In this document: one piece after another, positions 25,201 to 39,294 of the stretch
Numbering within the stretch: the first letter of the stretch is position 1
Layout: the number at the start of each line of letters is the position of its first letter
Assembly: GCA_040954595.2 (NCBI GenBank)
Contig: CM082583.2
Span: 11,880,636-11,944,635 of the forward strand
DNA length: 64,000 bases
Direction of reading: 5' to 3'
From: Balanoglossus misakiensis
Taxonomy: Eukaryota > Animalia > Hemichordata
Notes under the pieces: model-generated
Told to the model about the DNA's origin: nothing
What the model saw: the letters and a program-made list of their open reading frames with translations, nothing else
The model's database searches: none
Position numbers and translations under genes: made by a program

Positions 25201-28200
25201 TGTAGCACTGTCACGTTCCCCACTGTTAAACATAAACAGCAGCGGCAATGGGGGTATTCTGTGAAAGAATAGGCATTTGAAACGTTTCTACCTTGGAAGA
25301 AGGAGATTTCAAATGAATGTGCCAACAACAATGGCACTCTGAAAACACTAATGACTTGTGCACGGGGATGTTTATTCGGTCAAAACACAGTCGGCGTCAA
25401 TTAGTTTCATTTTTTAAACAGATAGTGAAAGACAATAAATGAAGGTAGACAAGAAGTTGCGACCCCACATGGTCACATTGATCCGAAGACGACACATTTG
25501 AAATCAGAATGACATTAGTTATTCTGACAGGGGATTGTCATAAATTGTCAGTTGCGGGTGAACAGGTGGAGATGTAAATAATGGCAATGGGTGTAGAAGA
25601 ATGGGAAGAAATGTGACTGGGTACGAGAAATAGTCTGGAAGAGGCACGGGGGTGGGGTGGGGTGGGCAACGAGAGATCCACCGTGGATATTCCCATTACC
25701 GTGACGGCAACTACCGGGCGGCGTGGGTCGTCGGAGACAGGTGGATACAACAGGTAGTGGATTATTGTTCCCGAAAGTCAAGAGGCTGGACCGAACTACT
25801 CGATCCCCATTTTTATTCTGTCGCATAACTCCGTTGCTCATAAAAGTTTTTATAACGCGTCCTTGTTGCGAACGCGTTTACCCTGACCATGAGCATTGTA
25901 AACGATATTTAACGATAAAACTGATCATGACTGTACCAAGCGTTGTCAATGAAAAAAAGATATGATAAAGCGATATCCAATCATTAGATTTGTTTCATTT
26001 TCATATCTTTTTATGACCCATCCATATATTGTACTTTTGAACACCTCCCTTAATTTAATGCCGCATTATATTTCTATAATTATCCTGCCTTCTTTGACTG
26101 TTACTATCAATCTGGAAGGCAACGTTCCCGGCTGTTTGCATTTCGTCGAGTCGCTCATCAGTCAAATTTGTAATTCTTTAGATTAGCAACATGGAGAGGC
26201 CACTCGATGAGGGCGTGTGACCTTCGTGTTTCGACCACGGGGAGAGTGATTTACTGACGGTGAAAAAAAGAAGAAAAAATGTGAATGAAGCAGCCAAGTG
26301 GCATTAGGGAAATATCCATTGAGAGCGGTTCTTTTGATATCAATAATTTATCAAACGGCAGTACAGAAAAAAAAATTAGGCGTGCCAGCACTGAACCGTG
26401 CCGCGTCAGTTCACCGCGCCGGGTACACCAAATTCCTATGTCCCTCAACAATTGCAGGGCTATATCAGGTGGTACATGGTATGCGTACGATGACACCTTC
26501 GGTCTGTCGAACACACTCGACACTTTTTGCATACTCGTTTTCACAGTGTCTTGGAAAATTTGTGTTTTATAGTTCTAGTTGTTTGTTTCATAGGAAAAGT
26601 TTTAACTTTCTATAATAAATCGCAACAGATGTGCAAGGACTCTTATGAGGGGGATGAATTCAAGGCTCGTTTGATCACGTGACAGCAGCAGTGAAAGAAA
26701 CGGCCCTACAACTGATGATAAAAAAAATCATCGAACACTTGGGTGTAATTAAACTGATTATCTGTGTCGTCCGCAAATCAGTCAAATTATCATTAACCTA
26801 TCGATCGCTGGTCCAGACTGCACTGACTCATAAACTGAGAATTGTTACAAGGTTAAATGACGCGTCCCCATTGCTATATCGAAGAACCACAGACCTGCTT
26901 CACATTAACCGCATATGCTAATTTTGCGGTTAAAAGTCACTTTGGCCAGTGTTGATGATGTCCGTTTAATTACCCTTCTTGCTAGCGTTCCTAAACCAGG
27001 ATTCCGCCGTTCCCACACAAAAGCCGGATTGCCATTGGGGACATCTTTCCCGCGAGACTTAGCCCCCGTGACCTCATCTCGGTAACTAAGAGATCGGATT
27101 TTGTTCTTTTCAGAGAGCGTCTATTCAGCCAGTTGGCGTCTCCTCGCTTTTATGGAAAATTTGAAAGTGGTCTTATTTCTTGCATCAATGACGTCAATCA
27201 TCCTATCCACCAGTGTGCAAATGCGTAGCCAGTGTTCAGAGCATTACACGGCAATGCGGGCATATGGTAGTAATAGTAGCACCCACAAAGGGTTAAGAAG
27301 GGGACTGATAATGGGTTGATGCAGAAAGCTTGTGGCTAAAAGGGGCAACCATTCAAGACCGGCCCTGTAAAACAGTATAATTCAAATTCATTTAAAAGTC
27401 ATTTTCTATGGATGGTATCTTCAAACCTGTTGAAAACAAACGTGTCCCTGGTTTGATATAGATATTGTGCGTGTATTCACAGGCACGGTGTATGTGGTTT
27501 CATAGCCAACGATCATGCCCGGGGCAAGTGGTTTGCAAAGTGGCTTTCTTCGGCCCATTTCGGCGCTGTTTTGCATTTGATGGGATTAGCAAATGGGGGT
27601 GTATACACGGGGCCCAACTCAAAGGTTATATTTATGACAAACACCACAATGTCTTCAGAACTTCTGTCGGTTGAAATGTCGTCGTAATACCAGGCCCGGA
27701 TTAATGGACCGCTCCGGTGAAAGGACTCACTGGAGTAAAGATAATTTGGAATCACGTGACCCGGGTAACGCTCACCGGCGACTGGGAGTTCCATTTTCCA
27801 CTTCGGTATCTCTACGTGCCAAGAATATCGGCCGACTCAGAACGTCTTGTGGGTCCGGCCGGCCGCGCATTAACTGAGCCGAATATGTGCTAAAGCTGAC
27901 AAAGACCTAGCTTTTTCCCCCTGTTTCTTGTAAGTTCGTAAGAATGCATGGAAAACAGATCGGTCATTAAATCATGCGAAAATTTACCCAAGTGTCCACT
28001 GAGTGAGCTGGTAATCGGGATAAGTACAATTTGCCGGCTTCGAGATTTATTCTTTCAGACTTCCAGCTCCTTCGAAAGCATGTTGAATTTTCAAGCATAT
28101 CATCGTCGGCAATGCTATTCACATCCGAGTTCAGAGTGGGGCGCTGACTTTTGTGTTCGGCGATAGCGTTTGAAACCAGACACTAAATCACTCCGCGTTC

Positions 28201-29705
28201 TTGAAGTTTCCATGCTCACCGCGCCACAGACGAATCTAAAACAGTAGCCACAAAGGTGCCATTGAGCGAAAGGTGAAGCACGCTTCTAAAGGAATGCATA
28301 AATTTATGCAGGCGTCTGAGGCCTAAGGCCATTCCCATACATTACGGAGTGTTGTCGCATATCCAATTAGTCCACCTCTACTGGAACTAATAGGTTCGAT
28401 GAATAGCGCGTAACCTGGCCAGCCTTTCAACTTATTACACAGGGGGTCACAAACGAGTACTCTAGCCGCTTAGTTAAGACGTATACATTTCTTTTGACTG
28501 TTGTAGAACCCCACTTGTTGGTGGTGAGTGAAGAACAAGGGAGAAGACAAAAACTAACATCAGGGATACTTTGAATCTCAAACACAGACTGTTTAGTCCT
28601 CCAATCTTCGCCACATCACGGCTTAAAATCTCCACCCAACAATTTAGAAGCCGTGTCTAAAACTACACGAGGAATTCTCCTGGCGAGACCGAGAGGTGAG
28701 ACATTTCTCAAACTTCGCCATCTTAAGTATATCACCTTGAAAACCGCTGATGCATGGACATTTTCTGATTAGTCTTTTTAAAGCACCGGTAGTCGTTTTT
28801 TTCTTGGTGCAAAATCGTCTAGTACCCTCAGAGACCTGGCAAGACATCGGTATGACATGTAATCACCACTGACAGTGATGATTACGTCAAATGTTTGTGA
28901 GATTCTTCTCCTATTGGCCGAAACTGCCGGGCCGAGATGACACCAAATTCGCTTGACTTCATTATGATTCTGTCACCGAGGCTCTCCACCCAACCTCGTG
29001 TTCCAATCAACATGATCAACTTCACCATCGGGGGTTATTGATCCCGTGGAAACCGAATACCTCATAATGCAATGTAAAATTACCACCAGACAAACAGTAT
29101 AGTCTGCTAACTTGGAGTTTGTTGAAGGAAAGTCTGGCTTCGCGGTTCAGGCTGAAAGGGGCTGGCTATCGACCGGAACACCTCTGGGTTTCATTCATCC
29201 ACTTTGTACTTCTGGTTATCACCCTCCCTGAGAAACCCCTTCTTTGTTGAAAGAATTACTAGTCACCGAAAAAAACGCCCATCACGAATGGTGATAATTT
29301 TACTTTTGCAATCTGGCATCATTGGTTAGAAATGTATCCTCAGTTGGCTGAACAAGTCGTGGATCAAAATTGAAGATGGCGAATAACGTGCACTGGGCAA
29401 AGCGTTTTAGAGAACTTAGAACTGTATTATCTGGATAATTGTAATCCGTGCACGTATGTGGTAGACCATAAAACCACTTGAGAAACCACCCATGGCATTC
29501 CAACAGCAAACACTCCACAGAGTTGTGTGGTCCCCCCCCCCATTCTGGCCGCTACTCTACCCGACACTTGTATGTATATGTATGCCCTGTGCTCACTCAA
29601 CTGTTCGAGGAAATAAAAAAGGAGCAAACACTTCACCGCGGGGAGTTCACACTCTTGTCGTTGTCGTCCGATGCATTATAGCCGCTCCTTACAAAAAACC
29701 GCGCG

Positions 29706-29713
29706 TATATAAA
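29706..29713 (+). promoter_or_regulatory. TATA box, candidate pri-miR-9 promoter
   Basis: TATATAAA in CpG-rich context ~370 bp upstream of the miR-9 hairpin, followed by a plausible donor (ACG|GTGAGC, 29831) and acceptor (gtttctcag, 29949). Confidence 0.45.
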
Positions 29714-30071
29714 GTGGTCTCTCTTTCATCCAATTGCTGGGTCTAAGGTTAACGGGGTCAGTATTTACATAATAACATCTTTTGATGAGTCAGTGGGCAG
29801 ACGGCTGGACCCGGCGTTCCCTCGCATCACGGTGAGCTCTGCTACTAATTGCCTGGCAAGAAGTCCCGTATGCTTGGGACGTTTTATGGCGATGTGACTG
29901 TGAGTATCAAAGCGGATAATTAAATATGTTTCATTTTTGTGTTTCTCAGGTAACAAAACAGCGATTTGATTCGTGGCTTTATCTGAATTTTCATCTGATA
30001 ATGGATGGACTCATCATCACAGACTGTTACTGCACAACGTCACACCAAATTTTCTATGCTCAATCTGGCGC

Positions 30072-30145
30072 TCGTTTTCTCTTTGGTTATCTAGCTGTAT
30101 GAGTGTTTTATACATTATAAAGCTAGGTTACCAAAGACAAAAACA
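30072..30145 (+). ncRNA. mir-9: microRNA miR-9 precursor (5p miR-9; 3p miR-9*/miR-79 type)
   Basis: TCTTTGGTTATCTAGCTGTATGA at 30080-30102 is the canonical miR-9-5p sequence; 3' arm ATAAAGCTAGGTTACCAAAGAC (30117-30138) pairs with it across a 14-nt loop. Confidence 0.97.
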
Positions 30146-33100
30146 GATGTCAAAATCAACTCAGCCATCGTCGAGAACAGACTGTTTCTGAACACAGGTA
30201 ACCGCCTCCACAAAAACAATAAAATGGGTGAGAAGACCGGTAAGAGGTTAAGTTGTAGAGATTCTTTGAATAGCACATTTCGCTGGACCCTTTTCATCGG
30301 CCGCAGCAATAACATTTTATTAATCTCCTCAGACTCTGCTTTGATGTAGAACACCTGGAAGCCACCAGGTCCTCGGTGGCGCTGTTATGGCCTGACAAAT
30401 CTTACACGACAAACTAGATTTATTAGCTCCTGTCATAGGCCACGTCCCTGAATGACACGAAAGGGGAGGGGGTGAGTTGATGGATAAATGACTTCACGTT
30501 TTATGCGGGGCTTGATACAGATCTAAGTAGACCGGGTATGTTGTAAACGGTTTGGTTGAACTCCGAACCGAAGGTCTCGGCCGAGCTTTTAATATCCTTC
30601 AATGCACAACCCTTTTATCTCGTCTTTTCGTTTACGATGTAGTCTTCTTTGAAAAATTAATAGCTCCAGAGTAATGATCGTTTATGTAAAGGACGCGCAT
30701 CGCAGCTAATACAGCTGCCGTGTACTTAGTGGTGACAACTTGGTCTGACTTCATCAGCATATCTTGAAATTCAATGATTAATTTACATAAAATTTTAACT
30801 TGTTTGCCAATAGGCGTCAAGACCTCTGTGGGCTTGATTATCCATCAGTTGTGTAATTATAACGCTGGATATGATATGATTGTGATATGATGTGATGTTC
30901 TGTGGTGTGGTACATACTAGTACATAATCGTTGCAATAAAGTTTTAAGGTTTCGTATTTTATTGATTTCAGGCGGCACCCTATTGTTTCCTGTCGTACAC
31001 CTGTGACCAGGTGTTTGGCGTCATCATCCAGGACTCAAGGTTAAAGAATAAGGCAGTTTCGTCCATAATAGTGTGAATGTGTGTGTGTGTGTGCAATACG
31101 CATATTGCAGATTTAAAAAAATGCAGTGACGCTGCTCAACAAGAGAATTATCAAATTGTCCCTCTTGTTGTACCCACACAGAAAAACCACATGGTCATAG
31201 ATGATGCTAAGATCTAGGGCTACCCACAGTACCTATAATGGCGACCATTGGAAAACAAGTGACAACCGAAATTATTCATGGTTCAATACCCCCACTTTGT
31301 GTCCATTCAAATTGTCCGGCTTCTTCCGTTTAGGCATCAATTGATTAGGCTTGGTCAGTTCGGCCCACCTTTCCCACGCTCTGTAGCCAGGCCAATATCA
31401 CAAGTCGGGTAGACCCCCAAAAAGCGCCATTTTAAAATCTCCTCAATTACATTGCCTGTCAGTTTTAATGTGTCTGTAATGGGGGTAGACGGTCTGGGTT
31501 TAGAAGCGTTTCTTTAATTTTGTGACCTGCATTAGTATTCTCCGCGGGTCCTGCAAAGACCTTGGGAGTTCTCAAACGTATAGAGACTGTCTGTTAATAC
31601 GCCTAACAGTTTGGTCTTTTAGCAGGCTTTGAACCCCCGGGTTTCTTTGAAGTATAGTTCACCCATTATCCAATCCGCAACATTTCGCGCCAAATCCCGG
31701 CTAACAGACATTAATTCAAGGTGTGTTTGATAAAAAATAACGGGCGTCGAGTCCTTCGTTTGCATATTAATCGTGCATTGATGAGTTGCATGGGGCACTC
31801 AAAAATAAAGCCATCTCGTGTTTATCGTTAGGCTTTTCTTGGCATCAGAGAGATTTCTTTAATCCAATTTGTCCTTGCTATAACAAGACGCAAGGTCATC
31901 TGACAGTTAGAGGAAAGACTGGAGTTTTTAATCTGTGGTAACCTTTGAATAAAATCACTATTTATATTTTTCTTTATAAGAGAGAACAATCTTTAGTTAA
32001 CTTGAGAGCAAGATATGAGAAAAGGTTTAAGACTTGTTTTCGCGAGGCGCATTCTATCTTAACGAGATATCGACCCCGAACAGCAGAAATTGTCACCAAA
32101 GCATATAATACGAATGTCGTTCTTGAAGTCAAGACGTTTTTCGCCAAGAAATAATTTATGGTACTCCTCTTGGCGAACCTCGTATAAAGTATCTTTTACA
32201 AGACGCGACGCAACAACTGAGCGCCAACCCACCAAGCACCGGTCCTATTTCCCTTTGTTTTTATTTTCTCTCCTGTCCTTCGTTCGGTTCAATTAATCCA
32301 TTCATCCATCCAGCCAACCATGAAAACAAGCCAACCAGCTAACCACAAATACGTGTCCAGAATACATTCTCGATCAATTTGACAGTTGACTTATTTACTT
32401 TCATATCGTGATATTTAAAGACGTTTTCGGATGTCGACTTTTCAACGATGTACAGCGTGCATCTGTATCTAGACCATTTGAATTCATTTTATTAACCAAT
32501 ATTTTAGTTTGCTTTCGACGACTTGGAACAAGCAGCTCAAATATGTTTGCCAATCGCACCCACGGCTAATCTTGACCCAAACGTCACCCTTACTGACAGA
32601 CATGAAGACATTAGCACGCTTCGACAGATTCGTGACAACGTTTCATCAGGACTCTACGAGATCATATGGTACACCCTATAGCTCAAGCGACAAAACAAGC
32701 CTTTTCTTTATTTTATAATAGAAGTTAGAATAACGTAAACGTACAATAAATAGCACATACAATAAAGAAAAGTTCTGTTTTGTGAAATTACACGCAATGT
32801 AATGTTCTTCGCTGCTTGTAGCTCTAACACACGTCAGATCTCTTAACCCTTAGCGATGTACATTCACTATTCATCATACGGATTCCAGTCGAAAATACCA
32901 GTAGGAATCTTTTATGTAAACTTTACGGAGACCAGCCGTGTACATTTTGACCGCGAGTTTCTGTGGTTCATATAAGTACCCCCGTTTGGGTGAGGTCATC
33001 CTGTAGGAGGGTTGATGATCAATGAACTTCACTACTGTACTTGCCACTTAGAGTGAATTAACATCATCCCAATTGGCGATTATGAACCGGATTAGGAAAA

Positions 33101-34111
33101 CGGTGCCTGACAATACTACAAAAGATGGGATGAACACGGCATGTGCGTACATGCTGACATGTAATGGGTGCGAACCATCAATACTTTTCATTTTAACAGT
33201 GGAAATATATGGTGCACCTATTTTTTCTTTATTCAGTCTAGCCCGAATCACGGATCGTTAATCGCAAATTAGTAAGCTTATAAAGCCGCCACACTTTCTG
33301 CGGGTAATGGAACCGAGAAGAAATCCACCCAATTTTCTCTAAAGAAATAATTGAGTTTACATGCAGTCATTCACCGTGGAAGAACTTCTCAAAGTACATA
33401 TTGGGGACCGAATTCTAACTGAGGGTAAATCCCAGAAGTATAAACAGCTTGAGGGATCTTGCCACTTGCGGTGATTCCTCAGGAAGACCGCTTCATTTTT
33501 TTTGTAGCACTGGTGGATGCGGCTGGCGAAAGGGACCGGGTCATGCCCGTCAACCATCCGACAACCCACCAGCAGAACGGTCCCGGAATTAAAAGCCTTC
33601 ATCATTTCAGTGATAACATGACACCTGTGGAATCACTGTTTGAATCGAATAGTCACATGCGATTTCCTCATAAAACAAAATAGTTCTACTTTCTGGAATG
33701 GGACCACATGACCAATCCAGCCATAAAACGTTATATCACGCATTAAAAAACCCAAAATCATTGAGGACCAGACAACAAAATAATTTTGTATTAGAACATG
33801 CTCGAACCATAAAGAGTGTGGAGAGACCATGGTTAGAATTCCTTTCTGTACTTGTGCCTGGGCATGTTGGCAGAATCCGTTGTAGATTCTTTTCCTCCTG
33901 TTCTATTTACACTGAAGTTTCAAGGTTACTGCCCCTTTGTCCCCAAGCGGTAAAGGACAATTGAAGTTTCCAGACATAAAACTTGATAGCCGGGGCATTG
34001 TCAATGACCGCATTTGCATTCCACTTCTCAGACGGACTTCGTAGTACAAACTGTAGAATCTTACACTTTTCCCAGCAATCGGGTCTGTCTTTTCTGATAA
34101 ACTTGAACGTT

Positions 34112-34188
34112 CTTAGGGACTGTTCAGAATTTACTTCCAGGGGGCGGAGGATCTTCAGGGGAGTCCACCCATTTTCTCCAAGAAAATA
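34112..34188 (+). repeat. Dispersed repeat, probable MITE end; second copy at ~51968-52047
   Basis: cttagggactgttcagaatttacttccaggggg...ggat.ttcaggg...ccacccattttctc.aagaaaat at both positions. Confidence 0.8.
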
Positions 34189-34969
34189 GGTGACGGCTTT
34201 GAAATGTGTCTACATACTGATATCATGAATTACGATGTATAAGTATTCGTTTTTTTTCGATAAAAGCACAAAAAATGATCCACCGGTCGATCCAAAGATT
34301 TCCAAAATGGCGGCACGAGCGCATTCATTGTGTTTGGAGACACTAACTTTTCAACCCTTTTTTCGTGCTTTCTTTGTCTTCACTCGGGGCTGTCATTTTT
34401 ATCATTCGGATATTAAGATGTCATGCGATTCGGCAATAATCTCTAATTCTTCGAAAAACAATTTTTTGCGATAAAAACACAAATTACACAGAGGGCGTTG
34501 GAGCTGAAGGGTTAATGGTTTAGTGGTAGTACTTCACTTTGAAGGCAGAACACACTGGTCTTTGTACGGCTTCTTATAAATCAAGTGGGGGGGGGGGGGT
34601 CACTTCAATCCATCACTGCCGACCACACACAAGTTAATGTGTTATGTTGTCACTGTGTTTCTGACAGTAATAGGCTCTCTACCTGCAGACACGTAATGGA
34701 GAAGTCTGCCTTTTTGTCACGTAAAATTGTTACACAGATTGATTATGGCTGGTCACTGGCAAGACAGATTGGTCGAGCAGAGTATGTAGATGGTCTACAA
34801 GGGTCTACAGATGTTTGAAAATGGTGAACACTGTACTGTTACACAGAAATCTCATTGGTTGATAGCAACCAATGGGATTGTATTATACGGTTCGACTATA
34901 CAAAATCTAAATATATGCAAATATCTTATTTACAAAGTGGTCTAATGGACAGCAGAGGTGTGAAGTCTT

Positions 34970-37900
34970 CTATGCTTCTTCAAGTTCAACCAACACACCG
35001 CCACAATCCTTTGGATGTAAGAAGATGACTGGTTTTCCATGGGCGCCGGTTTTGGGTTCTTTTCCCAGTGCTCGGATTTTATGTTGTGCCAGGTCTTTCA
35101 TTGCTTCCTTGATGTTGTCCACCTGGAATATATGAGCATGGATTATCCAATCAATGTGCCGGTGAATTGAACCCAAATGAGCAGAGAACCTCACTGAGGT
35201 GACCCGACTGAGAATGGAGTTCAAAGTTCAAATTAAAACGACTAATAATAATACACCTATCTACAAAATAGTGTCCTGTTTCAAATCCCCCGAGTGGAGG
35301 CAGCAAAGGGTTTAATACCCAGTGGCAATTGCACATTGAGTTGAATAAATTCATCAAATTACAAAGTACACAGGGCCCTGTCTTTTTGTTCCACACAGGT
35401 GACCTGATGTCACATTCCAACAGTCGGTGCTTCTTAGCATTGTCGGTGGCGACTATAGAAAAAAAGCGTCTGTCTACTCTCAGGGGGGTTGATTTCCAAT
35501 CTGTTCACAACTTGCGTGTCGACGAAATGCAGCTAATATGGAGCTGTGCCATCAAAGCTAGATCTGGAATTGTCCGACTCACAAAGACGGACATTATTGA
35601 CAAGTGGAGAGGTGCTCGGTCATCTCCCACAACTGCTGTTAAGTATCAGCTCTCTTTATTTTAATGCATTTCTTGCAAATATAAGCAGAATTCACTGGAG
35701 ACCATCATCCCTGAGGCTGTGCCAACCAAATGGAAAAGAGGAGCCCTGGTCGGTCCCTCATCTCCATGGCAACTACCCTGGTGGCCTTTTATGTTACTGT
35801 TTGTTAAACATGAGTTTTTGCTACATACAAAGACACACCCAGTCAAACCTTAGCTTTGTGAAACCCTGATTGGCACACTAGTTCTTCTTATCACCAATTC
35901 ATTGTCACCATTCAACTGCTTCGGAGTATAGATACCCTGTTCATCCAAGCAGCACCCTCCCTTTCTGTGCAACACAAGATTTACGAGTTTTTTTTTGTCA
36001 AAGTGCCGACAACATCAATCTACCCACATTACTCTACTGACCTTTGCTATCTTTTCGTGTCACCTCAGCTGAATGGTTCAACTAATAAATTAATCCACTA
36101 GTCAACAGTCAGTCCAACTGTTACTTTGAAATATATTACATGACACTTGACCTAAATCATGAATCTTGAAAATATTCTCTATAATTTCAAGTCCAAGGTT
36201 GCAAAATACCAAAGGAATCCATGTTGGCCATTTTTAGAACAACCAGTATTGTACTTGCTCCATCTACCCCACTTCCCCAGGTGTGTGTTTATGCAATTAA
36301 GCTATTATTAGAAGTAGTACATGTTATTTCTGTCACCGCATCATCATCACTTGCCAAAGTGAAAACAATGGAGACTTGATGTTGTGGAGTGTGTGTATGT
36401 ACCTCTATACAGACGTGGTGCATACCACCACCAGGTTTTTTGTCGAGATATCCCTGAATAGGACTCTTCTCTCCCAGGGGTTCCAGCAGCTCCAGTTTAG
36501 TGTTACCAAGATTGACAAACACTGTAGTCACTCCATGCTCTGGTAAAGCCTGAAATATCAACAAACCACAATATTCAAAAGAAATAAAGAATTATTCAGT
36601 CAGACACTTCAAATTTATTTGTGTATGTGAATTGAATACAGAGGTACTGAATCACAAGTATCTTTTCTCACATTACGTATTCATCCGACATATTTTCATG
36701 TACTCTGGGGCTTGTTCACTGACTGAAGAGTCTTTTTCACCACTTTACACTGGGTGGGTCTATTGACTTTGTCGAAGACCCAGAATATTCACATACTATT
36801 AAAACCTCTGACAACAGTAGCCTTTTGTGCCCACCACTGTTTTGGATGTTAATTGTTGGGGCAGTTACTTTGGCAACCAGGCCTGCAGGAATCTATATGA
36901 GGGGGGCAGTACAGTTGGCCAACCTATGACAAATTATGTATTCTTCATCTACTTAAATTAATGTAATTACTTCCGTTCAATCTCCGAGATGAAATGCATA
37001 CTCAGCATCTGGTGGGAACCCCCTCCCCCCAGGTTAAAGTATGACGTAAAGATATTGGTATGTAAGAACTCTGATTGGTAAGAAACAGTCTGCTCAAACT
37101 AGTGTGGCTTGCTGAAGACATGACTACAGACAATATTCAGGTTGACAGTCAGACAAAAGTTACAACTTTTAGTTTTGCTGATTGGTTGGGTGATTCCATT
37201 CAGCAAAACGGGGATCATCTTGATTTAACTTCAGAGGCAATACAGGAAAAAAAATCTGAATCAACCACTGTAATACTTTGAGCTCATTTCTCTTGCTTAG
37301 GAGTGTAGGATATTCCTTGAAATGGATAACATTAATTTGATGTCTGGGGAAAGTAAACTCTCTTATTCGCCTATAGTTGGAAAATGGTAGAGTCCATCGG
37401 GCGGAAGAAAATGTATATGGTGTGATTTATGGCAGTGAAGAAAAGACGTTACAAATCTCTTTTGATGAGCTAAAAGTGTCTGCAGGGGTGGCCCTAAGGC
37501 AGGTCACAAAACAATGCAAACTGGTGCGTTTGACTTGACAGTCGTATTCTTCCGAAGATGCAGTGGTATTACCATTACACTGGTCCCATTTCGCTGACGT
37601 GGTTCTTTTGTATTGGTCTGCACTAGGGTTGGTCTCTAAGTCTGATTACTAAAATGTTGTTGAATGTTTCACAGGGGGATTAAGTCCCGCATTGGATGAG
37701 AATGCCAGCATCTGTTTAGTGTATGTGAAATGTGAAAGTATGTTTGTTTGCCAAAAGCAATGGCCATGTTTGTGAAGGCATGGTAATGTGAGTTGTAAGT
37801 AAAGTTAGTGTAAGTAAAGAGTGCATAGAACAGCCCTGCAGACTCAGCGCTGTTTGAACAGTCAGAAATTATATCACTGTATTTTGGCCTGATTTAGGCC

Positions 37901-39157
37901 TGTCCACTCATACAAGAACAGATCTGAAATCCGTCACACTTTGCAGAGCCCATAACAACCCGTCCCTCTTGTATTTCTGTTCAGTGATGAAACGCCGTCA
38001 AAGTAAAAACAAAGTAAATGTGTTAATGTTTTTTGAGGGCGCTACATAGCACTTTCTGGCGCAAGACTTCAGCAGACTTTAATTTCATCTGCGTACTCAC
38101 AATACTGTTGTATATGTCTGTTAATGTAGTTTATTTTATCTGTTATACCTGTTATCTAATTTGGCTTTGTATTAAACCATGTACTCATCAAAATAAAGGT
38201 TGAATGAGTCATGTATTGTAGACTGTGTCATGTCATTTTCTACACCTACCATTTGTTCACTGCAATCACCTCCAAGCACATCTCTGTAGAGGGCAGTAGC
38301 TTTTTCTGTAAACACAGAAAACAGTTCAAAATCTTGAAACTGAAGTGGATTTGATAGGATATCAACTGGATATTAAATGCTCCACAGGATAGGTACACAA
38401 AAGGATTCTGACCAGTTTCCAACATATAAATGAGTGCTATTGAGTGTCTATCACACTGGGGTGTGTCCTTACTGACCCATCCATCCCTTCATCAGATTTT
38501 ATTCAAACTGGTCCAGGTCTTGAACTCACCATCCTCAGATAGTGAGTCTGGAACTCTGAGCCACTGGGTTTCACCATAGACACCATAGACTACTTACTGT
38601 CTATGGTTTCACTTACCAAGGTTAGGTACTGCTATCGCTACATGATTTAACTTGCCAAGGCTCCACACTTTATCAGCCCCACTGGAACAGTAGGCCTGTG
38701 TTCTGGATACAAGCCTCTGTAAATGAAAAACGACGCCAGCATTTGATTCAAGATTTCAGAAAGTTACCAAGGAGCTACAAGTATAATCCAATATGTCACC
38801 ATCATAATTATATAAGAACCAATCAGGCCGCATGTTACATTCCCATACCCAAAGCTCAGTGCACCTGAAACACACCTGGCAACTCTGATAAGAAGTAATA
38901 CACAATCTACTAGTATGTGGGAAACATGTAACGTCCTGTAACGCCGGGAACACCCAGTCTGTACGCAGGGCTAAACACCAAGCCTGATGAATGTGTCACA
39001 ACATACAGACGTACAATGTACAGTTGGAATGATTAGCATCGTACATTAAATTGGCCTGAATTTTGATTTTCCTCAGCTGCACACAAACTTAACAACTTTA
39101 ACAACTTACCACATTTCTTGTTAAAGAATTCGTGAACGAACGGAGAAGAAATGCCAT
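34970..39157 (-). CDS. MCEE: Methylmalonyl-CoA epimerase, mitochondrial
   Basis: Exons 39157-39110, 38716-38617, 38305-38250, 36549-36403, 35122-34970; motifs LGKLNHVAIAVPNL, LPEHGVTTVFVNLGNTKLELLEPLG, GGMHHVCIEVDNI, GAHGKPVIFLHPKDCGGVLVELEEA; basic N-terminal targeting-like peptide. Confidence 0.95.
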
Positions 39158-39207
39158 TTTGAAATGAAACTGACACGGTTGATACAGTCGATCAGTTTCC
39201 AGTGCAA

Positions 39208-39226
39208 TCAAGGTCACTCGAGGTCA
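39208..39226 (+). promoter_or_regulatory. Nuclear-receptor element: DR4 AGGTCA-N4-AGGTCA with extended TCAAGGTCA half-site
   Basis: TCAAGGTCA-C-TCGAGGTCA lies between the divergent ATGs at 39157 and 39295. Confidence 0.6.
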
Positions 39227-39294
39227 CACGGTGACAAGGACTCCCTAGATTAGTGTAAATATGACATTCGGGTCAATGAACTAAGAACTGGATC

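Noticed and set aside
22916-34818. Many 60-120 aa ORFs in the miR-9 region as genes or transposase remnants
   Set aside because: No recognisable motifs and no consistent exon chain.
37984-38045. GTGATGA plus hairpin as C/D snoRNA or SECIS element
   Set aside because: Antisense to the host MCEE, no nearby CTGA box D, no matching 3' GA quartet and no upstream Sec-containing ORF.
38582-38607. CCATAGAC..GTCTATGG hairpin beside an MCEE donor site
   Set aside because: Only an 8-bp stem, typical of small repeat remnants; no evidence of function.
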